Notes: a model not told the origin generated them from the sequence alone. DNA of 54,104 nucleotides from an uncultured Gammaproteobacteria bacterium (GCA_964408485.1 CAYOZJ010000006.1:1-54104), one strand, 5' to 3'. Shown: positions 9,069-18,355, counted from the first letter of the stretch. Made by a program: numbers and translations.

Positions 9069-9473
9069 ATGATGACTCTAACTCCATATTTAAGTTTTAA
9101 TGGTAATTGCAAAGAAGCAATGGAATTTTACAAATCTTGTTTTGGTGGGGAATTAGAAATAAGTTTGGTTGGGGATAGTCCGATGAGCAAAGATATGCCA
9201 GATAAGAAGGATTGGGTTATGCATTCAATGCTCAAATCAAACGGAATTGTCCTTATGGCATCAGATTTGATAATGGGTGGAGAGATAAAGCAGGGAAACA
9301 GCGTAACACTCACACTCAGTGGGGGAACTTTAGAAGAATTAAAAGGTTATTTTGAGAAATTGTCTACAGGCGGAAAGGTACGCCAGCCGTTACAAGCAGC
9401 ATTTTTTGGAACTTATGGTGATTTAGCCGATAAGTACGGCGTTTTATGGGCCTTTCAATCAGACGAAAAGTAA
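9069..9473 (+). CDS. VOC family protein (PhnB-like)
   Basis: LTPYLSFNGNCKEAMEFY, LMASD, YGDLADKYGVLW. Confidence 0.9.
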   Translation: MMTLTPYLSFNGNCKEAMEFYKSCFGGELEISLVGDSPMSKDMPDKKDWVMHSMLKSNGIVLMASDLIMGGEIKQGNSVTLTLSGGTLEELKGYFEKLSTGGKVRQPLQAAFFGTYGDLADKYGVLWAFQSDEK

Positions 9474-9475
9474 AA

Positions 9476-10315
9476 ATGGCAAAATTTAATGCACAGGCTT
9501 CAATAATTATTGGTGCCTTTATTCTTGTGGGTTTTCTTGTTTTTCTGCTTCATGCAAAAATTTTACAAAAAGATAGTACAGCTATTCCTTCTCCAATAGT
9601 AACACCAAGTCCGACACCTTTTGATATATACCGTGTGCCAACTATTCGCAAAAAGGATTATTATCGCATTGTTATGGTAGGCGATTCACAAACACAAGCT
9701 TTTGGACTTCATGGTGGGAAAATAAGTGAATATGCAAATACTCTTTTTGAAAGCACCCCGGGGCATCAGAAAATTCTTATCGATAATTATGCAAAAGGAG
9801 GGACAAATATTACACAAATCAATTCTCAGATGACAACACAAGGAGAATTTCCATCACTTCTTTCGTCCAATTTTGATATGATCCTCATTGAATCTTGTGG
9901 GTATAATCCATTATCAAATCTCGGAATAGATAAAGGACTACAGGAGCAAACAAAGGTATTAACGTATCTGGTACAACTTCTCATAAAGACTCATCCAAAT
10001 GCTGCGATTGTTTTTGTTGCGACTTTTGCGCCCAATAAAGAAACATATGCTGCAGAAGAAGGACTTACAACCATTGAGGCGCGGACAGCTGCAGCGAATG
10101 AGCGAATGATGTATATAAGAAATCACATACAATTTGCAACGACTCACAACATTCCCGTAATAGATATTTTTAGTAAGACTTTGACACCAGATGGAGATGG
10201 CAATATTCTTTATGTTAATCCAACAGATCATATTCATCCATCATTTGCGGGTATTGATTTTATTTCTCATGAAATTGCAAATAGTATTTATCAGAGCAAT
10301 ATTTTACCAAAATAA
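9476..10315 (+). CDS. SGNH/GDSL hydrolase, membrane anchored
   Basis: VGDSQT block I, GYN block III, DHIHPS block V. Confidence 0.88.
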   Translation: MAKFNAQASIIIGAFILVGFLVFLLHAKILQKDSTAIPSPIVTPSPTPFDIYRVPTIRKKDYYRIVMVGDSQTQAFGLHGGKISEYANTLFESTPGHQKILIDNYAKGGTNITQINSQMTTQGEFPSLLSSNFDMILIESCGYNPLSNLGIDKGLQEQTKVLTYLVQLLIKTHPNAAIVFVATFAPNKETYAAEEGLTTIEARTAAANERMMYIRNHIQFATTHNIPVIDIFSKTLTPDGDGNILYVNPTDHIHPSFAGIDFISHEIANSIYQSNILPK

Positions 10316-10349
10316 GATACAATCAATTTTTGAAAGGAGGTGAATAATT

Positions 10350-10691
10350 ATGAAAAGATATTTATTACTTTTTACTGCGCCAACAGAGGTTAGAGAAAAA
10401 ATGCAATCTGCATCTCCTGAAGAAATGAAAGCTGCAATGCAGCCATGGATGGATTGGTTCGCAAAAGTAGGAGAGAAAATGGTTGATAAAGGAATGCCTT
10501 TAGCCAATGCAATGACTGTTACTAAGGAAGGCGTCATGCCAGGAAATGTAGAATTTGTTGGTTATGATGTTGTCCAGGCAGAAAATATTGATGAAGCGAT
10601 GGATATTGCAAAGGAAAGTCCCCATTTAGATAGAGGAGAGGGCACGACTGTAGAAGTCCACGAAATGATGGATATGCCAGGACTCAATTAA
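10350..10691 (+). CDS. YciI-like protein
   Basis: WMDW...DKGMPL...GYDVVQAENIDEAMDIAKESPHL...VEVHE; strong SD. Confidence 0.8.
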   Translation: MKRYLLLFTAPTEVREKMQSASPEEMKAAMQPWMDWFAKVGEKMVDKGMPLANAMTVTKEGVMPGNVEFVGYDVVQAENIDEAMDIAKESPHLDRGEGTTVEVHEMMDMPGLN

Positions 10692-10711
10692 CACAGGTTT
10701 TGAGTTTAAAG

Positions 10712-10738
10712 AAACTGCCGAATTAATCGGCAGTTTTT
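10712..10738 (+). terminator. intrinsic terminator
   Basis: AAACTGCCGA-attaa-TCGGCAGTTT followed by T-run. Confidence 0.85.
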
Positions 10739-10747
10739 GTATAATGA

Positions 10748-10999
10748 ATGCAAGTGCCAAAGCAACAGCAACGACCCAGACGTAACAGTGAACACGAAAA
10801 ATGTATTCGTGCTGCTAGATTGCTTGGAAGGGTATACGACTTAGGATTTAATTGTGAAGTTGGGAAAGCGCAAAGGATACTTGATCGAATTCCTGTAAGT
10901 AAACAAAGGCGTGATCAGTTCTTTGAAGATATGCCTTTCATGATTAAAACAGGAAAAAATGATGAGACGTATGATATGCCCGCTGAATGGGATTGTTAA
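10748..10999 (+). CDS. orphan protein (83 aa)
   Basis: TATAAT at 10740-10745; true start may be GTG 10754. Confidence 0.5.
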   Translation: MQVPKQQQRPRRNSEHEKCIRAARLLGRVYDLGFNCEVGKAQRILDRIPVSKQRRDQFFEDMPFMIKTGKNDETYDMPAEWDC

Positions 11000-11020
11000 G
11001 TTTTTTAGATTTGATTTTAC

Positions 11021-11233
11021 ATGAAACATATTCAATATCACAAAGATGGAAGTATCTGGGCAAAAGGGGAATTGAATGATGGAATTATGGATGGGTACTG
11101 GGAATGGTACAGAAAAGACGGTACAAAAATGCGCACAGGCTATTTTGATAATGGTAAACAAATAGGGAAGTGGATTACTTATGATAAGAAAGGAAACACG
11201 GTAAAAGTAACTCAAATGGATAAGAAAAAGTAA
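11021..11233 (+). CDS. MORN-variant / YwqK-like repeat protein
   Basis: YHKDG...G...DGYWEWYRKDG...G.F.NGKQIGKWITYDKKG. Confidence 0.85.
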   Translation: MKHIQYHKDGSIWAKGELNDGIMDGYWEWYRKDGTKMRTGYFDNGKQIGKWITYDKKGNTVKVTQMDKKK

Positions 11234-11234
11234 T

Positions 11235-11702
11235 ATGTATAACCATGAGCCAGAAAACTATCTTTGCCCATTTTGTGAATTAATAAAAGGGCATAATACT
11301 GAGCGCAATAATGTAGCAGATATTGTGTGGCAAGACAATGACACCGCAGCATTTGTTGCACCAAAATGGTTTGTAAATAATGAAGGTCACACGATTGTTA
11401 TTCCTAAAAAACATGTTGAGAATATTTACGATATCTCAGAAAAGTTGATTGGAAAAGTCTATGCAACAGCAAAGCTAATGGCTTTAGCAATGCGCGCGAC
11501 CTATGATTGCACTGGTACATCAACTCGGCAACACAACGAACCAGATGGTGGACAGGACGTATGGCATTTTCATGTGCATGTATTTGCACGATACAAAGAT
11601 GACAGGCTGTATCAAAATCATGACAAGAAGCGATTTGTTACTAGTGAGGAAAAGCAGATATATGTAAAAAGACTTAAAGAGTATTTTACAAATCTGAAAT
11701 AG
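11235..11702 (+). CDS. HIT family hydrolase
   Basis: CPFC, GHTIVIPKKH, QDVWHFHVHV. Confidence 0.92.
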   Translation: MYNHEPENYLCPFCELIKGHNTERNNVADIVWQDNDTAAFVAPKWFVNNEGHTIVIPKKHVENIYDISEKLIGKVYATAKLMALAMRATYDCTGTSTRQHNEPDGGQDVWHFHVHVFARYKDDRLYQNHDKKRFVTSEEKQIYVKRLKEYFTNLK

Positions 11703-11966
11703 TCATTCTGCCATTAGTTCATCAACGTAGCACCATTTCCAATTCTCGCCTTTTTCAAATGACTTCATCACTGGGTGTTTAGTTTCGTGGAAATGTTTGG
11801 TTGCATGCTTGTTTTTACTATTATCGCAGCACCCGACATGACCACAAGTAAGACACAGTCGTAATTCTACCCAATAGTCTCCAATTTTCATACATTCCTC
11901 GCAGCCTTCAGGAGTAAGGGGAGTAATGTCAGTTTTGGCATTTTTTAAATGTTCACAAATATCCAT
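11703..11966 (-). CDS. UBP-type zinc finger protein
   Basis: CEEC...WVELRLCLTCGHVGCCD.SKNKHATKHF...WCYVD. Confidence 0.93.
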   Translation of the reverse strand: MDICEHLKNAKTDITPLTPEGCEECMKIGDYWVELRLCLTCGHVGCCDNSKNKHATKHFHETKHPVMKSFEKGENWKWCYVDELMAE

Positions 11967-12031
11967 TATTTATAGTATATCAGTCATTTGATAGAAATAG
12001 GTAAGGATCTAGCGCTCCCCTACTATATGCC

Positions 12032-12062
12032 TTGACAAGTATATTCCTTGAGAGTAATATAC
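12032..12062 (+). promoter_or_regulatory. ArsR operon promoter with overlapping operator
   Basis: TTGACA-17-TAATAT; inverted repeat GTATATT(12039-45)-N10-AATATAC(12056-62). Confidence 0.7.
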
Positions 12063-12070
12063 AAAATAGT

Positions 12071-12388
12071 ATGAATCCACAATTATTTTCTGTATTATCT
12101 GAGCCAAATAGACTCTCAATCATAGAACTTTTGCGAAATGGCGCAAAACCAGTTAATGAAATTACAGCTAGGCTTAATCTGAATCAGCCCCAAGTAAGTA
12201 AGCATCTACGGGTTTTAGCAGATGCCGGAGTTGTATCTATTCGACCAATTGCCCAACAGAGGTATTACCAACTGCAGCCAAAACCCTTTCAGGAACTTGA
12301 TAATTGGCTTGCAAGATATAAAGGTGTTTGGGAAGAAAGATTTAAAACAATTGATCAGCTTCTTGCAAAGGAGGTGAAAAGAAAATGA
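12071..12388 (+). CDS. ArsR/SmtB family regulator (SRPBCC-associated type)
   Basis: FSVLSEPNRLSII, QPQVSKHLRVL, WLARY..VWEERF. Confidence 0.92.
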   Translation: MNPQLFSVLSEPNRLSIIELLRNGAKPVNEITARLNLNQPQVSKHLRVLADAGVVSIRPIAQQRYYQLQPKPFQELDNWLARYKGVWEERFKTIDQLLAKEVKRK

Positions 12389-12499
12389 TAAGCTTGGCGC
12401 TTCGCGCACCAGGCAAGCTTGCCGCAGAAGTATTGGCCACCGCCAATACTATTGAATAATTGCCTATCGGCATTGCGGTGAAAAGAATTAAAAAAATTT
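12385..12499 (+). other. GC-rich multi-hairpin element containing a 24-codon mini-ORF (12385-12459)
   Basis: Hairpins GCGC-ttc-GCGC, AGTATTGGC-cacc-GCCAATACT, TGCC-tatc-GGCA, closing CCGCA/TGCGG; repeats GGTGAAAAGAA and ATGATAAG at both ends. Confidence 0.65.
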
Positions 12500-12874
12500 A
12501 TGATAAGAAGTATTTGCGCAATTCTTGCAGGATTTCTAACAGTTTTTATATTGAGTGTAGTAACAGATTTTGTATTGGAAAGCATGCATATTTTTCCACC
12601 TCTCAATAGCCAAGCAGCATTTGGATGGCAATATTTATTGCCTGCTCTTCTCTATCGAAGTATCTATGCCGTTATGGGAGGATATGTTGCTGCAAAAGTA
12701 TCAAGGAGTAAGCCTATGAGGCAAGTATGGATTTTGGCGATTATTGGATTTATTTTTGCAACGCTTGGACTAGTAGCAAATTTACAAACACCCGGGTTAT
12801 GGTACCCAATCTTACTTGTTGTATTAACAATTCCCAGTGTTTGGTTGGGCGGAAAGTTATCAGGTAAAAAATAA
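12500..12874 (+). CDS. four-TM membrane protein
   Basis: Four hydrophobic helices, YRSIY...GGY, WYP motif; in ArsR-SRPBCC operon. Confidence 0.85.
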   Translation: MIRSICAILAGFLTVFILSVVTDFVLESMHIFPPLNSQAAFGWQYLLPALLYRSIYAVMGGYVAAKVSRSKPMRQVWILAIIGFIFATLGLVANLQTPGLWYPILLVVLTIPSVWLGGKLSGKK

Positions 12875-12910
12875 TATTTTAAAAATTTAGAAAAAAAGGA
12901 GGTGATATGG

Positions 12911-13390
12911 ATGAATGAAACAAAAGTAACAGCAGAAAAAGGTAAACAGGAAATCTGGATTGAGCGCGAGTTTGATGCACCGCGAGAAATGGTCTTTAAA
13001 GCAGTAACAGATCCAAAGTATATTGTTAAGTGGTGGGGACCAAAAGAATATTCAACAACCGTTGATAAAGCCGATATTCGAAGTGGCGGAGAGTGGCGGT
13101 TTGTCCATCATGCCAATGGTCAAGATTTTGGATTTCATGGTGTGTATCATGAAGTGCTTCCTCCAGAACGAGTGATTGATACATTTGAATGGGAAGGATT
13201 GCCTGAAAAAGGCCATGTTATTTTAGAAACTGCCAGGTATGAAGCATTGCCAAACAACAGAACAAAACTTACTATCCAACAAGTATTTCAATCCGTTGCA
13301 GACAGGGATGGTATGGTTGCCTCAGGTCAGAAAAAAGGAATGGAGGAGTCATATCAAAGATTGGACGAGGTACTCTCGACTTTAAAATAA
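12911..13390 (+). CDS. SRPBCC (Aha1/START-like) family protein
   Basis: IEREFDAPREMVF..TDP..WWGP, GGEWRF, FHGVYHEV; SD AAGGAGGTGA. Confidence 0.93.
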   Translation: MNETKVTAEKGKQEIWIEREFDAPREMVFKAVTDPKYIVKWWGPKEYSTTVDKADIRSGGEWRFVHHANGQDFGFHGVYHEVLPPERVIDTFEWEGLPEKGHVILETARYEALPNNRTKLTIQQVFQSVADRDGMVASGQKKGMEESYQRLDEVLSTLK

Positions 13391-13393
13391 AAG

Positions 13394-13428
13394 AAAAAGC
13401 CTACGGAAGTCTCTTCTATAGGCTTTTT
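13394..13428 (+). terminator. intrinsic terminator (possibly bidirectional)
   Basis: AAAAAGCCTA..GAAG-tct-CTTC..TAGGCTTTTT. Confidence 0.8.
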
Positions 13429-13470
13429 GTATGTTGACACAGGCAAGCCTGTATGATTAAATACCCAAAG

Positions 13471-13746
13471 ATGAAAAAGATAGTTGGATCTGTTGTTGCC
13501 TTGGTACTTCTTGGCGTTTTTGCATTTCAAGCGCAGAGTGCATTGGCAGGTAAGACTGGTTCTGATAAGCCACTTACAAGTCCTATTACTCCTACACCTC
13601 CCGTAAGCAGTCCATGCAAGCCAGGATTTGGATATGGAGATAAGAATCATTGCCATATTACTCCTACACCTCCTCCAGTTCATCATGACGACAAGCATGA
13701 CAATGATAAGCACGATGATCATCATGACGATCATGGTCACCGCTAA
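13471..13746 (+). CDS. small secreted protein with Pro/Thr linkers, a Cys-bounded PGxGxGDxNHxH loop and His/Asp tail
   Basis: MKK-hydrophobic-ALA signal peptide; CKPGFGYGDKNHCH; exact 18-bp repeat (ITPTPP) at 13584-13601 and 13656-13673. Confidence 0.8.
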   Translation: MKKIVGSVVALVLLGVFAFQAQSALAGKTGSDKPLTSPITPTPPVSSPCKPGFGYGDKNHCHITPTPPPVHHDDKHDNDKHDDHHDDHGHR

Positions 13747-13785
13747 CTTCCCTCTTTCCTAGCATCTCACCTATAATAGGTATAT

Positions 13786-14871
13786 ATGGCTCAATTTCTT
13801 ATTTTCTTCCTTTTATTCATTGTTTCTTTTTTTAATATTTCATTTCTCGGCATGGAGTTAGAAGCGCAAAAGGTTTTAGTAAGTGAAATAGGAATACTAG
13901 CTCTTTTCCTAGTAACTCTTTTTACCAACAGGCTTCAAATACAATGGAGAAGTCTTCAGGGTATTTGTTGTCTCATGCTTTTCGTACTTACTCTTATTGA
14001 TATCTTTTTCTTTTCCAGTAGTATTTCCCTTTTTGGAAACATATTTCGTATGCAGGGAATTTTTCTTATATGGTTTTTGTTGCTATTTTCTTTTCTTTCA
14101 AAAACCTACTCTCTAAAGAGTTTTCCGTATTGGATATATACATTGGTGCTTTTAGCCCAAGCAGTGCTACTATTTGTTTTCCCTGTTAACGAAAGTAATC
14201 GTTATACCGGGACATTTGGTGAACCTAATGCACTTGCAGCATTTGCCGTATTTATTTTGCCATTTTCTTTTTTTGCAATAAAAAAGTTTGGTAAAAAAGA
14301 AATCTTTATACTTCTTTTTAATACACTGCTCGTTGGGGTAATTCTTTTCTTTTCAGGGTCAAGGTCTGCTGCCATTGCTGCAGGAATGCAAATTATTTTT
14401 CTTGTGTTATACAAATTTCACGTGTCTCTTAAAAAAATAGTTATTTTTTGTTTGCTTTGTTATTTTGTAAGCTATTCATTGCCATTTTTTCAACATAATT
14501 TTTATGAAAATAGGACAGAAATCTGGCAGGCAGCTGTCGTTGCGGGATGGGAAAAACCTTTTCTTGGATGGGGTATTGGAAATGAGGAAAAAGCGCTTCA
14601 CGCTGTTGCTGAGAAAATGCGACTTACCATAAAAGATTCCGTTGTAGATAGTTCGCACAATCTATTTCTCGATTGGTGGGTAATGGGAGGAATAGTTGGA
14701 TTAGGAGTATTTTTAGGACTGATTGCATCTACCTTGATAAATTTCATCAATCATAAACAAATTCAAAACATTCTCCTTATGTTAGGTATAATCACTTGTT
14801 TATCTTTTAACCCTGCGAGTGTTGTGGGGCTACTTGGGTTGTGGTGGCTGATTGGGCAGAGTGACATATGA
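13786..14871 (+). CDS. O-antigen ligase / O-oligosaccharyltransferase family (Wzy_C)
   Basis: Multi-TM; GTFGEPN, SGSRSA, R..IW...PFLGWGIG, SHNLFLD. Confidence 0.88.
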   Translation: MAQFLIFFLLFIVSFFNISFLGMELEAQKVLVSEIGILALFLVTLFTNRLQIQWRSLQGICCLMLFVLTLIDIFFFSSSISLFGNIFRMQGIFLIWFLLLFSFLSKTYSLKSFPYWIYTLVLLAQAVLLFVFPVNESNRYTGTFGEPNALAAFAVFILPFSFFAIKKFGKKEIFILLFNTLLVGVILFFSGSRSAAIAAGMQIIFLVLYKFHVSLKKIVIFCLLCYFVSYSLPFFQHNFYENRTEIWQAAVVAGWEKPFLGWGIGNEEKALHAVAEKMRLTIKDSVVDSSHNLFLDWWVMGGIVGLGVFLGLIASTLINFINHKQIQNILLMLGIITCLSFNPASVVGLLGLWWLIGQSDI

Positions 14872-14886
14872 TATACTGCAATAGAA

Positions 14887-15447
14887 GTGAAAAGAACAAT
14901 CTTTTTTCTTGTTCTTCTTTTGGCTGCAGGATTTTTTATTGTTAAAGCATATGGGATTATTTCCACTCCTGATATCCAGTGTTCAAAAAGTCATGCAATA
15001 ACCACTCCTCAACCACAAAATCCAACAACAGCACGAGACTTTTTTGATTTAGGAAATTATTACTATGATTCTGGTAAGTGCGAACAAGCAATTAGCGCAT
15101 ATGGAAGTGCGATAGATAAAGACCCAATGGTACCTGAATACTTTAATAACAGAGCGTATACATTTATGAGAATGCGGGACTATAAAGATGCATTAGCAGA
15201 TTTAAATACAGCACTGTCTCTTAATCCAAGTTATGTTGAAGCACTCATGAATAGAGGAGATATTTATAATTATTACTATGCAATTGATCATCAGAAAGCC
15301 ATCAGCGATTACAATAGAGTTATCGCAATTGGTAAGGATAAGGATAAAAGTGGAAGTGTTTGTGGGCACAAAGCAATGGCAAAAACAAACAATATGATTC
15401 CGTTGGCACTAATGCAGGTGATTACTCATACAGATTGCCAAAATTAA
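14887..15447 (+). CDS. exported TPR-repeat protein
   Basis: Signal/TM then TPRs (LGNYYY, YFNNRA, ALMNRGDIY). Confidence 0.88.
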   Translation: MKRTIFFLVLLLAAGFFIVKAYGIISTPDIQCSKSHAITTPQPQNPTTARDFFDLGNYYYDSGKCEQAISAYGSAIDKDPMVPEYFNNRAYTFMRMRDYKDALADLNTALSLNPSYVEALMNRGDIYNYYYAIDHQKAISDYNRVIAIGKDKDKSGSVCGHKAMAKTNNMIPLALMQVITHTDCQN

Positions 15448-15521
15448 CGGAAAAATTCTTACTTTATTCTTATCATTCTCTTAACAATTTTAGTAAGGGC
15501 ACATGAATACAATTGCGTATC

Positions 15522-15857
15522 ATGTATTTATACACATCTCGAGTAGTCCTGACACTTATTAATTTTATCTTCGGACTTATCCAACTCATTCTTCTTGTCA
15601 GAATTATTCTTGAGCTTTTCGCAGCAAATCCTGCAACGCCATTTGTTGCGTGGGTGTATGACATAAGTCGGACAGTGTTGTATCCCTTCCAAGGCATCTT
15701 CCCTTCCCCAATGCTTCGTGGAGGGTTTATTTTAGATATGTCGGCAATAGTTGCTGTGCTTGTGTATGCGCTTGTTGCATACTTCTTCTCAGAGTTAGTG
15801 AGATTTATGACATATCGTGCAACCACATACACTGTTGAAGAAACACGAAGACGATAA
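15522..15857 (+). CDS. YggT family membrane protein
   Basis: RIILELFAANPATPFVAWVY...PFQGIFP. Confidence 0.85.
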   Translation: MYLYTSRVVLTLINFIFGLIQLILLVRIILELFAANPATPFVAWVYDISRTVLYPFQGIFPSPMLRGGFILDMSAIVAVLVYALVAYFFSELVRFMTYRATTYTVEETRRR

Positions 15858-15858
15858 T

Positions 15859-16077
15859 TTATTTCTTTGGGATTTTGACCGTAAGCGTATAGAGGTGTCC
15901 TAAAATACTCACTGCGAGAAGACCCAATGCCCATGGAATTTGCTCAGGGTACACAATTCCTGCAATAACAAGTCCGAGTCCTATGCCTCCCAAAACATGA
16001 ACAAGCGCATTATATTCAACATGTCTTGAAAAAAATGTCAGCGCGTGTCTCCTGTAGGACATGAATGCTTTTACCAT
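15859..16077 (-). CDS. small membrane protein
   Basis: Two TM segments; TGgTATAGT 6 nt before ATG. Confidence 0.7.
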   Translation of the reverse strand: MVKAFMSYRRHALTFFSRHVEYNALVHVLGGIGLGLVIAGIVYPEQIPWALGLLAVSILGHLYTLTVKIPKK

Positions 16078-16135
16078 ATCTTAACTATACCAAACAAACA
16101 GCACATCTTGTCAATGACTTTGCTATACTATCTCG

Positions 16136-16951
16136 ATGAAAATTGCGACATGGAATATAGCAGGTGGACATCCATATAGAGGTAGTAACTCAAAGGAAAT
16201 TTCTCCCTATGGATATGACCGCGAGAATCTTTCTTACTTTACCAGGGAATTAGGACTGCTAAAACCAACAGTTGCAGTATTGCAGGAGGTTCATTTTAAT
16301 CCTAAAGGAGGAGGAGGTCAGTCAGATAGCATAAGCAGCGCGCTTAGGATGCATGCAACAAAACCTTTTATCTATGACAACTCCCACATTGAAAAGGGTA
16401 AACAACTTTCATTAGCAACAGTAAGTACTGATCCTGCTCGTGAGACATCTTTTTATGAGCTTCCTCATCTTAACTTATCGATAGAGCGTCCAGATGGGCA
16501 AGTATGGACGCCATTTTCTCCAACAGGATTTTTTGTTTCAGAAATTCCCTATCAAGGACAGATGGTTACTATTGTTAATACTCATTTACACCCATTTCAT
16601 TATTTCGAAAGGGATTTTTCAGAGCCTGATTTTCAAGAGTATAGAGACGCAATTACACAATTTTTTCTTGCTCAAAAAGACAGACCAACAATTATTGCAG
16701 GGGATTTTAATTATGCAAATCTTACTCTGCTTTTTCCTGAAATTTTTAAAGAAGGAGGATTTTCTGATGCATTTAGTAATCCAACAACACCGGAAAAAGG
16801 GCAACAAGACCATATTCTTTTTTCTCGTCACTGGCAGCTTATCGGTACACAAATAAAACGCACAATGACCGATCATTATCTAAGTAGTGCAGAGCTTTCA
16901 TTGGAAGAAGATTTACCTACAAGACGAGAGATATCTTTTCAAGCAGCTTAA
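16136..16951 (+). CDS. endonuclease/exonuclease/phosphatase (EEP) family protein
   Basis: KIATWNI, LQEV, NTHL, GDFN, DHI, TDH. Confidence 0.92.
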   Translation: MKIATWNIAGGHPYRGSNSKEISPYGYDRENLSYFTRELGLLKPTVAVLQEVHFNPKGGGGQSDSISSALRMHATKPFIYDNSHIEKGKQLSLATVSTDPARETSFYELPHLNLSIERPDGQVWTPFSPTGFFVSEIPYQGQMVTIVNTHLHPFHYFERDFSEPDFQEYRDAITQFFLAQKDRPTIIAGDFNYANLTLLFPEIFKEGGFSDAFSNPTTPEKGQQDHILFSRHWQLIGTQIKRTMTDHYLSSAELSLEEDLPTRREISFQAA

Positions 16952-17970
16952 TTTGAATGAGTGCTAAAGTAGTGGGCAATAACTGATCCAACTCGATATT
17001 CATTTTCTGTTGCAATTGTGTATCCTGGGAAGCCTTCATTTAAAAGCTCAACTGTTGTTTCACCAGCTGCAGGCGTTTCGAAATCACTTGCAGTGCGGAC
17101 GACAATAAGTCTATCTAGCATGCCATGAAGTCGTAGAGCATTAGCAAATCCTGGATCTTCAAATTCACTTGTGCACTTTGTTGCTGCTCCATTTGATCTG
17201 ACTTTGACAATGTGATCCATGGTGTTTGCATCATACGTTCCGGAGAAGAAATCATCTGCACCCACAGTATCGCATCTGGCAACGAATGGGTGGAGTCCTG
17301 CTTGTTCTGGATAATGAGCGCGTGCAGCCTGCGCATCTGAGCTATCTGCTAAGGCAATGCTGTGAGTTAAATCATATGCTTTGGCAGCAAGTGTTTCATT
17401 GAGATGAAATTGACCATTCTCATAATCTTGCAATTTCCACCATGCATATTGTTGCACCTCTGCTGGATCTGATGGGGTAACATCTCGGTAATCAAAATGT
17501 GTCCCTAAATCTCCATCAACAATCCAATTTGCAATTCCCGCAAAGCCGAGGGTTCCTTGAAAACCTTCTGTTCCTGCAGTTGGTCGAGTGCCGGCAATTG
17601 CTGCAACCACAAATTTTGCATTAGTAAAGTTTAACTTACTCGATCCTAAGAGTGTAGCGAGCGTTTGCGCGCTATTAGATTTTCCCGTTCCCGTTATCGT
17701 TACACAAATGCCATTATTTTGACAATGTAGCACGTCATGCGCTCCCGGGACAGTAATTGTTTTGGGCCATGTTTCATGATCAAGCCATGGTTGTTGCTCG
17801 CCATCAAATGTTGTGAGAACCAAAACTTTTACAGCAAATGCATTTCCTTGGTCTCCCTGATTATTTTGCGCATAGCTACTATGTACTGTTACAGCAGCTA
17901 ATGTGAGAATAACAAGGACAGAGATAATGGAGAGGAAAGTTTTCCAAGAGGATTGGACAGAAATTCGCAT
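16948..17970 (-). CDS. purine nucleoside permease (NUP) family protein, exported
   Basis: KVLVLTTFDGE, CVTITGTGKSNSA, AIAG, GTLG, RLIVVRTASDF; signal peptide. Confidence 0.8.
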   Translation of the reverse strand: MRISVQSSWKTFLSIISVLVILTLAAVTVHSSYAQNNQGDQGNAFAVKVLVLTTFDGEQQPWLDHETWPKTITVPGAHDVLHCQNNGICVTITGTGKSNSAQTLATLLGSSKLNFTNAKFVVAAIAGTRPTAGTEGFQGTLGFAGIANWIVDGDLGTHFDYRDVTPSDPAEVQQYAWWKLQDYENGQFHLNETLAAKAYDLTHSIALADSSDAQAARAHYPEQAGLHPFVARCDTVGADDFFSGTYDANTMDHIVKVRSNGAATKCTSEFEDPGFANALRLHGMLDRLIVVRTASDFETPAAGETTVELLNEGFPGYTIATENEYRVGSVIAHYFSTHSN

Positions 17971-18126
17971 ATCTAACTTTACTTAAAAGTATTTTTCATT
18001 TTGTGTCAAGACAGTAATTTCCTATAGGAATATAATTCTAAAGAAAAATCGTATTGGTAAGTTCAGCAATTTCTTTGTAAGAAATGTTATAACACTATTT
18101 ACTTGTGCTTTTTGTTTACATGAGTC

Positions 18127-18312
18127 ATGATAAAAATAATGAAAACAAGTCACGGGACAGGCGGCGCACTTTATTTTGTAGGATTTGTTGGAGCAATAGT
18201 TTACTTTTTACAACATGCGACTACATTTTGGCTTGGTGTATTAGGAGTCATTAAAGCATTATTCTGGCCGGCATTTTTAGTGTATAGTCTCCTTGGATTT
18301 TTAAAAATGTAA
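18127..18312 (+). CDS. small conserved two-TM protein
   Basis: GGALYFVGFVGAIVY...GVIKALFWPAFLVY. Confidence 0.75.
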   Translation: MIKIMKTSHGTGGALYFVGFVGAIVYFLQHATTFWLGVLGVIKALFWPAFLVYSLLGFLKM

Positions 18313-18355
18313 TTTACTTCTTGTTTTTTCCCACACATTTTACTATTGTTAGTCA

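Noticed and set aside
10748-11233. Toxin-antitoxin pair (orphan plus YwqK-like protein)
   Set aside because: The orphan has no recognisable toxin motif, and stand-alone MORN-variant proteins are common
12390-12480. tRNA or known riboswitch
   Set aside because: Multi-stem, but no T-loop/D-loop consensus or CCA end, and no aptamer consensus I recognise
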